Origin: Calditrichia bacterium
Lineage (GTDB): Bacteria; Calditrichota; Calditrichia; RBG-13-44-9; J075
Direction: 5' to 3'
Assembly (NCBI GenBank): GCA_050633245.1
Contig: JBOEGD010000033.1
Location: 350 to 11,575, forward strand
Length of the DNA stretch: 11,226 bases
Part shown: positions 1 to 7,383 of the stretch, one piece after another
Numbering within the stretch: the first letter of the stretch is position 1
How the letters are laid out: every line of letters begins with the position of its first letter
Notes under the pieces: model-generated
The model's input: only the letters and a program-made list of their open reading frames with translations
Told to the model about the DNA's origin: nothing
The model's database searches: none
Translations under genes and position numbers: made by a program

Positions 1-147
1 GTCGCCCTGTCGCCCTGTCGCCTGCAAGAAAACCTTGCACCCTCCCATATCTCAACAAAATAATCGTTCATCGTTCACTGATACTACCGATTTCTCACTG
101 TCTCTCACTGTCTCTCACCTTCGTTTCTGCCCAACTGCCCAACTGCC
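1..147. repeat. Cluster of short tandem repeats (7-10 bp units)
   Basis: (GTCGCCCT)x~2.7 at 1-22; (ATCGTTC)x2 at 63-76; (TCTCTCACTG)x~3 at 91-120; (CTGCCCAA)x~2.6 at 127-147. Confidence 0.9.
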
Positions 148-245
148 GCAAGAAAACCTTGCACCTGTCTATGGTGCTGTTTTTGATTGATTTAGCCAGA
201 ACTAACCTGAAAAATCTTTTAATTTGCCGCAAGAAAACCTTGCAC
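24..245. repeat. Three identical 17-bp dispersed repeats GCAAGAAAACCTTGCAC with internal dyad GCAAG-N5-CTTGC
   Basis: Exact copies at 24-40, 148-164 and 229-245, separated by 107 and 64 bp. Each is preceded by GCC or GCCT. Confidence 0.92.
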
Positions 246-295
246 TTGCTATTTATTGACCGTGCCTAACTTCAATAAAAACAACAAAAATAAAT

Positions 296-323
296 TTGGC
301 ACATTATCTGTATTATCTAAACT
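296..323 (+). promoter_or_regulatory. Candidate sigma70-like promoter for the RHS operon
   Basis: TTGGCA (296-301), 16-bp spacer, TAAACT (318-323), with an A-rich tract just upstream; 60 bp before the ATG at 383. Shine-Dalgarno GGAGGG at 371-376. Confidence 0.35.
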
Positions 324-382
324 ACGCTGCTTAATAGGTCTTCCTCCCTCATGAGAGAATCAATGTCTCTGGAGGGATATTT

Positions 383-3300
383 ATGTATTCACGTCTCATT
401 TTACTTCTATCCGTTTTAATGCTCGGCACGATGTTGCAGGGGCAAATTATTGAAAATGTTGACCCGACGGTCTCCCAGTTTGAAGTCGTAAGAGGTGCAG
501 GAGACCCACATTATAATGGTGATTTGAGTTTTAACATACCTTTAGTGACCGTTCCTGGCCGGAGCGGGTTAAACTTCGATATCTCGTTAGACTATGTGAG
601 TGGGAATGGCGTCTCAGCTAATGAGTCCGCTTCCTGGGTTGGCCTCGGTTGGAATCTGAATATGTATCAGATATCCTGTTCACCCAATAGTACGCCCGAT
701 GTAGCTGAAATCGGAGTAGATGCGCCTGATGTCTATTACCTCAGCTATCCTGGGGGCACAGTCCCTATTACAAAATTTGGGAATGAATGGAAACCAATTA
801 ATTGGACTGCTATAGAAATTGAAGCAGTCGAGGACAATATTACACTCAACGATACAAGTAACTTTGATGTTCATATTGGATATGAAAAGTTTATAATTAC
901 GGATATTGATGGCACAAAATATATTTATGACCACCGCGTTAAGTCTGTAAACTCCAGCCAAATGAGTAATTTATGTCATCCTGTTAATTTTGATGGAACT
1001 TGTTCACATACACAGAATTATCATAAATACTTTTATAGCTATAAACTGACTCAAATTCTTGCTGCGAATTATACAGATTCTAATTCAAATGGAACTCCCG
1101 ATAATGGTGACTTAGGGGGGTGGATACGACTGGACTATGGTATTTATGATGTGCTGGTCTTTGATGACCTTGAGGGGCTGCCCAGAGTTGAGGATGTAAG
1201 CTACTTAACGGAAATTAGTTCACCTTCTTATAAGGCCGTATTTGATCTTACGGCAGGGGATGACATACCGAATGACCCAATGGACCGTGCCTTTATCTAC
1301 ATGGGACACCAACCGGAACCGACAACTCTTCTTAGAAGCCTAAAGAACATTAAGTTACAAAAAGACGGCCAAACTATAAAACAGGTTGACTTTAATTCTA
1401 CAACTGCCAGCGGAGTGAATGGTGGATTTACCTGGGCAAGAAGAGAAACCGGCGCAGAATATTATTTTTTCGTTTCGACCCCAAATACTTCAAAAGAACA
1501 TCGATTACGCTTGCGGCTAAATAGCATTCAATTCAGTGATGGGGATGGCAACTATCAACCGTCTTATGAATTTGATTACTATTTAGAAGATGCTGCTGAT
1601 TTACCCGATAATCATCGGTGTTACCTGGACCCCTGGCAGATGATAATTGCCGAAACAGCGCCGCCACATAATCGGGTAAAGCAAGATACGCCAGATAACC
1701 TGAGAGACTATCTATGGATGTTAAAGAAGGTAACCTATCCGACTGGCGGCACTCTGGAATTTGAATATGAAACGGATCGCTATGAAGTGCACTACCCCGA
1801 GTTCAGTGACGCAGATCTAGCCTCTGAGCTGTTTCGGGCCAATTACATTGGCGGAGTTCGTCTTGCAAGCCAAACGATAACAGATCCGCAAGCTGGGCAA
1901 ATATCGGTTACCCAATACGATTATGGGTTACTTAATACTGAACTGGATGGTTTAGCAGGTGGAATTTATGAAGACGAGGGATTTGGATATTTGAGTGGCC
2001 GGCTGAAAAGCCCTGCAATTTACGTTGCAGGAAACGGCGTTGGTCTGAACTTTACAAATGATGTTCATTATCCAGATGTGCAAATTACACGTCCGGATGG
2101 TTCTGTAATTCGAAAATACTACACTAGTGCCTTTAGTGGAAACGGTAGGGGGGCAGCCGTTAATCTGATGTATGCCGAAAAGATCCATGCGCAAATTTTC
2201 CATGAAAATGATTTAACTATTCACAGTATTACCGATTGGGGGAACCTTGAAATCGATCATCCGGATATATTTGATGCATTCATTAAATTCACCGGAAGAA
2301 CTTCATACCCTCCACCAGTTGCCATTACAGATCATGATCGACATTATCTAAACTCGGCATCATACCCGACGCTGTATGATGGTTTAAATATGGACTATAG
2401 AGAAGTTATGCTAAACATTTTACGCACAGAGGCACGAGAATTTGATGATTTTACGCATAGTATGTATCAATCCTCGACAGTTTTTGGAGCTGGCAATAAT
2501 GATGCGTATGTACATCTTTTTAACAACCAATGGAAAAGAGGGTTGATTACTTGTACCGAGTGGTATTCTACTGACGGAACTACCCTTACTCTGATTAAGA
2601 AGCAGGATAACAGTTATACACTGAGTCCATTGTTCACAGAAAAATATACTTATGTAGAACAGAATGGCCCTAACTATGCGCCAACCCTCCATGCGAGCTT
2701 TGTAACCTCCGGATGGGCAAAACTCGATCAGGTAGTTACGGCAACATATATTGAGGGGATAGAACACCCATTGGTGGATATACAATTTCTCGAATATAAT
2801 TCTGTGAACGGCTTAGTCTCACTTAATACGTTGCAAGATGGTAGTGGTGGAAGCAATGTAAGAGAACTTACCAAAACGACGTATGCATTTGAGAAATATC
2901 CTGATATGGCGACTGCAAATATGCTGTCTCAAGTTGCCCAAACAACCTTATATGATATAGACAATATTCCAGGGAATGAACGAAAGTCAAATTTCTTAAC
3001 CTGGAAAAACTGGTTGGGCGCGGGTGGATGGGCACAGGAAGGCTCGTATGATTGGCTGGAAAGTTCAGCAACCGGGTACAGTTTACCGAACTTTGATATT
3101 AACAATCAGGAATGGATTCTGAGTAATACTGTCCTCGAGAGAGACGTCCATGGAAACATAATCGAGTTGCAAAATGCAAATGGAACAACAGTCGCGGGCT
3201 TATGGGGATACAATGGTTATCGACCCATGCTCGATGTGGTGAATGCAAGTTCTTCAGAGGTTGCGGTTGACGATTTTAACGATGGTAACTTTGATAATGA

Positions 3301-6100
3301 TCCAATTGACTGGGCAATTGTCGGTAATCACTGGACGGTGACCGACGGTGAACTTCATTGGGACAAAAATATAAACTCCAACCAGATTTGTATTTATCCC
3401 GACGCTGCCGATTTGAATGACTTCACAGCAGATTTCCAGTTCCGTATCGCTAGTTCAATCGATCCTCTCAGCAATGTTGGCTTTCAATTCCGCCAAAATC
3501 TGGTTGACGATCGCTACTATGAGTCTGGCTATATTGTAAAAATGTATGCTGATGGGCATTTTGAGCTCTATGTAGACAATCCCGATAATGGCCAGGGGGG
3601 GTGGGGTATTCTGGATACATATACTCCGCCTGCAACAGAAATAGATGTGTCTGAATTTCAAAGTATGCGGGTTCGGTGTGAAGGCGATGACATTACTGTC
3701 TGGTGGAACGGACTAAAAATTTTTACTGCAACCAATAGCCACTTTAACGGTAGCTACTGTGGATTCTATATTTGGAAGGTAGATACGCGTATTGATAATT
3801 TTCGTCTCTATCCATCTGATGCTTTAGCAATTAGTGTTGCATATGAGACTCAACTACTACTTCCCGAATTACAAATGGATCATAATGCCAGTATTCGTTC
3901 GTTCGAATATGATGAATTCTACCGGTTGCAGGAAGTAAGAGATAATGATAACGAGATTCTTAGTGAGTATGATTATTTCTATTCTGCTGATGGAAATGGG
4001 GGATCTTATTCCATTAACGATCCTAATAGTCTAAAGAGAACCACATATTTATCAACTACTCAGTTCACTGACGTAAAAACCTTCGTCGATGGCTTAGGTC
4101 GTAGCATTCAAACTTTAACCGATATTGGTAGTGAAGTGATTGTCGTTGCAACGGACTTTGATAATATGGACAGGGAAGAAAAAAACTGGAAACCATTTTC
4201 AATGTCAAGCGGAACGTTAGACTATGTTTCAGATTATGAAAACCAAGCAAAGACTTACTACGATGGCGATCCTGGCCCAGATGCTGGTAACCAGCCTTAC
4301 CTGGAAACAACATATTTGCCTGACCCATTTGATAGAGTTGAAGGTTTAGTGTTTTATGATACTGGGGATAATGTTCAATATTCTTACTCAGTCAATGAAA
4401 GTCCTATCGAAGACCTAAGCTCAAGCGTCTGGTTTTGCACACCTTGCCTTTCCAAAACAATTACAACCGATGAAATCGGAAATAATACGGAAGAATTTGT
4501 TGATACGCGCGGCAATACGGTTCTTCTAAGGCGCTACGAGAGTGGCAATACCCTAGATACACATTTTGGCTATGATGTAGCTGGAAATTTGAAAGAAGTT
4601 CGTTCTCCTGAAGGTCTTTCAACTACTTACGAGTATAATACATTGGATCATCTCACTAAGCGAATTGCTCCGGATGCTGGTGAAGTGAATTCCAAATACG
4701 ATGCCCTTGGTAATCCACGTTTCTTACAGGATGCCAATGACGCTGACGAAGGCAAACTGGTTTACACCGTTTATGATGCTCTTAGCCGACCGATAATTAT
4801 TGGTGAGAGTGATGAAGATTTTAGCACTCTTGATGGTAAACAAGGTTATCCAGCATGGGAAAACGATACAAATAATTGGATTTCTTATATTGTTTATGAT
4901 AGGGAAGTCGATTTAACTGCCTATCCGTTTAATTTATTCCCTGTCGCTGACTACCTACAGGGCAAGAAGTTCCTTTCTGGTAACATTTCTATCCGGGCCT
5001 ACAAGTCTGCCGGTAAATGGCAGATTGAAGATTTCACTTATGACGATCAAGGGCGTGTAACCGGTAAAAAGATATTAACAGAGAATTTTTTGCCTGCACA
5101 TCTGGTTTATGTTTATGATAGACAGGGTAATGTGATAACATCTGGTACGATAAGAAATGGTGCCAGCACAATCCTACCCGAAGCGATTTTTCATTATTAT
5201 GGATATGACAACCTGGGCAGATTAATACGGGTTGTTGCCTCTGAGTCTACTTTACTCGATCCTTCTGCAGCCCTGGCAGATGCCGAATACACTTATAATG
5301 CCAATGGTGCGGTACATCAGCTTAAACTTGGAGAATATACCCCTGGTCAGTTCCGTGAAGTGATGGATTATGAATATACAATTCGTGATTGGGTCAGTGG
5401 AATAAATAACATTGATCTAAATAGCGAAGCTTTTGCGGCCAAATATGAGTACTACGATAATGGTACTATTGAACTATCGACCTTTTTTAATCGCGAATCA
5501 CCACGTTCAACCCATCGTAAGTATGAATATAAGTTTTTGTATGATGATCTGAATCGTTTGGTTGACGCCGATTACTCTTACTTTAATGACTTTTCCAATA
5601 GCTGGAACAATATTTCATCTTATGACGTGCGGAGCCTCGCATACGATGATGATGGAAACATTACCCGACTGAAACGGCGCGATGATGGCAGCATGCTCAT
5701 AGACAATCTAACATACATTTACGGCAGTAATAATCGCCTGGAAGGCGTAAGTGATGCTACCAATCCCACTTATTCTGTGAGTTGGGATGTTGAAAATAAT
5801 ACCTTTGAGTATGATGATAATGGGAATTTAATCAAGGTAACCGAAGGTATAATTACGCCACTAATTTCTAATATTGTATATGATAGGTTAAACCTCCCTA
5901 CGCAAGTAGTAAAACCTGGCTTAACCATTAACTATCGTTACAATGCGGCTGGACAGCGAATTTACAAGAAAGTCGGTACCAATAATGCTGAAGTATATAT
6001 GATGGATGGTGCTCGTGTACTGGGGCTTTTTGACGAAAATGGCACGCTTGTCTTTTGGAATATGTTTGGGTTGGATGTAATCGGTCGTATCGACAATTAA
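383..6100 (+). CDS. Large secreted RHS/YD-repeat 'shell' protein lacking the RHS-associated core and C-terminal effector
   Basis: Good RBS; signal peptide MYSRLILLLSVLMLGTMLQG; TcB/SpvB-like N-terminal motif (NGDLSFNIPLVTVPGRSGLNFDISLDY...ASWVGLGWNL); LKKVTYPTGG..EFEYE and GGVRLAS motifs; many YD repeats (YDEFYRL, YDVAGNL, YDALGNP, YDDQGRV, YDNLGRL, YDDLNRL, YDDNGNL, YNAAGQR). Ends ...GRIDN* with no DHLGS or DPxG core. Confidence 0.93.
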   Translation: MYSRLILLLSVLMLGTMLQGQIIENVDPTVSQFEVVRGAGDPHYNGDLSFNIPLVTVPGRSGLNFDISLDYVSGNGVSANESASWVGLGWNLNMYQISCSPNSTPDVAEIGVDAPDVYYLSYPGGTVPITKFGNEWKPINWTAIEIEAVEDNITLNDTSNFDVHIGYEKFIITDIDGTKYIYDHRVKSVNSSQMSNLCHPVNFDGTCSHTQNYHKYFYSYKLTQILAANYTDSNSNGTPDNGDLGGWIRLDYGIYDVLVFDDLEGLPRVEDVSYLTEISSPSYKAVFDLTAGDDIPNDPMDRAFIYMGHQPEPTTLLRSLKNIKLQKDGQTIKQVDFNSTTASGVNGGFTWARRETGAEYYFFVSTPNTSKEHRLRLRLNSIQFSDGDGNYQPSYEFDYYLEDAADLPDNHRCYLDPWQMIIAETAPPHNRVKQDTPDNLRDYLWMLKKVTYPTGGTLEFEYETDRYEVHYPEFSDADLASELFRANYIGGVRLASQTITDPQAGQISVTQYDYGLLNTELDGLAGGIYEDEGFGYLSGRLKSPAIYVAGNGVGLNFTNDVHYPDVQITRPDGSVIRKYYTSAFSGNGRGAAVNLMYAEKIHAQIFHENDLTIHSITDWGNLEIDHPDIFDAFIKFTGRTSYPPPVAITDHDRHYLNSASYPTLYDGLNMDYREVMLNILRTEAREFDDFTHSMYQSSTVFGAGNNDAYVHLFNNQWKRGLITCTEWYSTDGTTLTLIKKQDNSYTLSPLFTEKYTYVEQNGPNYAPTLHASFVTSGWAKLDQVVTATYIEGIEHPLVDIQFLEYNSVNGLVSLNTLQDGSGGSNVRELTKTTYAFEKYPDMATANMLSQVAQTTLYDIDNIPGNERKSNFLTWKNWLGAGGWAQEGSYDWLESSATGYSLPNFDINNQEWILSNTVLERDVHGNIIELQNANGTTVAGLWGYNGYRPMLDVVNASSSEVAVDDFNDGNFDNDPIDWAIVGNHWTVTDGELHWDKNINSNQICIYPDAADLNDFTADFQFRIASSIDPLSNVGFQFRQNLVDDRYYESGYIVKMYADGHFELYVDNPDNGQGGWGILDTYTPPATEIDVSEFQSMRVRCEGDDITVWWNGLKIFTATNSHFNGSYCGFYIWKVDTRIDNFRLYPSDALAISVAYETQLLLPELQMDHNASIRSFEYDEFYRLQEVRDNDNEILSEYDYFYSADGNGGSYSINDPNSLKRTTYLSTTQFTDVKTFVDGLGRSIQTLTDIGSEVIVVATDFDNMDREEKNWKPFSMSSGTLDYVSDYENQAKTYYDGDPGPDAGNQPYLETTYLPDPFDRVEGLVFYDTGDNVQYSYSVNESPIEDLSSSVWFCTPCLSKTITTDEIGNNTEEFVDTRGNTVLLRRYESGNTLDTHFGYDVAGNLKEVRSPEGLSTTYEYNTLDHLTKRIAPDAGEVNSKYDALGNPRFLQDANDADEGKLVYTVYDALSRPIIIGESDEDFSTLDGKQGYPAWENDTNNWISYIVYDREVDLTAYPFNLFPVADYLQGKKFLSGNISIRAYKSAGKWQIEDFTYDDQGRVTGKKILTENFLPAHLVYVYDRQGNVITSGTIRNGASTILPEAIFHYYGYDNLGRLIRVVASESTLLDPSAALADAEYTYNANGAVHQLKLGEYTPGQFREVMDYEYTIRDWVSGINNIDLNSEAFAAKYEYYDNGTIELSTFFNRESPRSTHRKYEYKFLYDDLNRLVDADYSYFNDFSNSWNNISSYDVRSLAYDDDGNITRLKRRDDGSMLIDNLTYIYGSNNRLEGVSDATNPTYSVSWDVENNTFEYDDNGNLIKVTEGIITPLISNIVYDRLNLPTQVVKPGLTINYRYNAAGQRIYKKVGTNNAEVYMMDGARVLGLFDENGTLVFWNMFGLDVIGRIDN
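3257..3814 (+). other. Concanavalin A-like beta-sandwich (DUF1080 / 3-keto-disaccharide hydrolase-like) domain inserted in the RHS shell
   Basis: DDFNDG...W.V.DGEL...DFTADFQFR...GFQFR...GYIV...MRVRCEGDDITVWWNG...G.CGF...IDNFRLY pattern, typical of this fold. Confidence 0.65.
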
Positions 6101-6112
6101 TGTAGTATTTGC

Positions 6113-6144
6113 TAGCCCTCGGGCTTTGGTAGACTCGGGGGCTA
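6113..6144 (+). other. Intercistronic RNA stem-loop between the shell gene and the first core-cargo gene
   Basis: TAGCCCTCGGG (6113-6123) pairs with CTCGGGGGCTA (6134-6144) using two G:U pairs. No U-tract follows, so it is not a canonical intrinsic terminator. Confidence 0.6.
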
Positions 6145-6173
6145 ATCGATTATACAAAGAAGGTTAAAATACT

Positions 6174-7145
6174 ATGAAAAGTTTATGGAAATTATACAGT
6201 TCTTCTTGGCTACTACTTTGCTTGATACTAAGTACGGTCATTATATCAGCAGCCGAATCCAATAAAAAATATTACTTCAAGGATCATCGTGGCTCTACGA
6301 GAGTTGTTGTTGATCAGGGAGGTGCTGTAACCGAGACCTATGATTATTATCCTTTTGGTTTGCAAATGCCGGAGCGCATAATGACATCTGGTGCGTCAAC
6401 AAAAAACTTGTTTACCGGCAAAGAACACGATGATGAAACTGGCTGGGATTATTTTGGAGCACGTTACTATAGCGCAGCATTAGGACGATGGATGGTGGTT
6501 GATCCATTATCAGGCGACTATCCCGGTTCTTCTCCCTATAATTACGCGTTAAACAACCCACTGACTCTTATAGATCCTGATGGAAAGAAAGTGCGCTTTG
6601 CTCCTGGATCCACAGCAAAATTTAAAGAGGCCTTCTCGCAGGCAGTAGAGCATCTAAACAAGTATGGGGCCGGAGGCCTTCTCGCAGAATTAGAATCTCG
6701 GCCAGAAACTGTCTATATAGAACAAGATGACGTGCTACCACATTTTGATGATAGATCAAACATAATTTATTGGTCCCCGACACTAGGTGGTGAAACCGAT
6801 AGAGGTGTTGTTGAATCACCAGCAACTATTTTAAACCATGAAGTTGACCATGCACTGCAATTTGTTAAAAATCCGGAACAATACGAAAAAGATATAAAAA
6901 CGCCTGATCCGAATTATGACACCAAGGAAGAAAAAAGGGTGATAACGGGCTCAGAACAGGAAACGGCTCGCAAGCTGGGGGAAACTAAAAAGGGTCAAGT
7001 TACTCGCACTAACAATAAAGGTGAATTGGTTAAGACAAGTGGCCCAACATCAAATGTGAAGCTTCCTGATATCAAGTCTTCATCCTCGACAAGCGAGGAT
7101 GAGCTGGGTCCCAAACCTCCTAAATCTGAAGAGGAAGATGAATAG
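6174..7145 (+). CDS. Signal peptide + RHS repeat-associated core + HExxH zinc metallopeptidase-like (M91/NleD-like) C-terminal domain, copy 1
   Basis: RBS-like GAAGG upstream; signal MKSLWKLYSSSWLLLCLILSTVIISAA; core YYFKDHRGSTRVV...YDYYPFG...FTGKEHDDETGWDYFGARYY...GRWMVVDP...SPYNYALNNPLTLIDPDG (DPDG at 6573-6584); ILNHEVDHA (HEVDH at 6837-6851) followed by EEKRV; acidic low-complexity tail. Confidence 0.92.
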   Translation: MKSLWKLYSSSWLLLCLILSTVIISAAESNKKYYFKDHRGSTRVVVDQGGAVTETYDYYPFGLQMPERIMTSGASTKNLFTGKEHDDETGWDYFGARYYSAALGRWMVVDPLSGDYPGSSPYNYALNNPLTLIDPDGKKVRFAPGSTAKFKEAFSQAVEHLNKYGAGGLLAELESRPETVYIEQDDVLPHFDDRSNIIYWSPTLGGETDRGVVESPATILNHEVDHALQFVKNPEQYEKDIKTPDPNYDTKEEKRVITGSEQETARKLGETKKGQVTRTNNKGELVKTSGPTSNVKLPDIKSSSSTSEDELGPKPPKSEEEDE

Positions 7146-7270
7146 AGTAAAAAGACTATCTGACAGGAATAGATGGCTAATTAGCTTGTTTGCTTTGTAA
7201 TGTTACATCGATGCCCTATTCATTAAGGAGGGGGCTGCAAAGTCTTGATAGAGTTTCGACTGATTTTATC

Positions 7271-7291
7271 CTGAGCCTTTTGAAGGCTCAG
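7271..7291 (+). other. Perfect 9-bp hairpin between the two core-cargo genes
   Basis: CTGAGCCTT-TTG-AAGGCTCAG; no downstream U-tract on the + strand. Confidence 0.55.
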
Positions 7292-7383
7292 ACTGACGAA
7301 TGCAGACAATCTCTGGGGCAAAAAATTTTTGTCGCACTAATTAATCGACTAAATGTTAAATGTTCTCACCAAAGGACCATGCA

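Noticed and set aside
24-245. CRISPR array
   Set aside because: The repeat is only 17 bp, spacers are very unequal (107 and 64 bp) and contain tandem repeats, and no cas genes are in the window.
6098-6260. Sequencing error or nonsense mutation breaking one RHS gene
   Set aside because: The junction contains a stop, hairpin, RBS and ~27-codon signal peptide in a different frame, and the signal+core layout recurs independently at 7384.
680-6825. Short minus-strand ORFs (680, 1952, 2420, 2868, 3455, 4065, 5921, 6622)
   Set aside because: Antisense shadows of well-supported + strand genes with no recognisable motifs.
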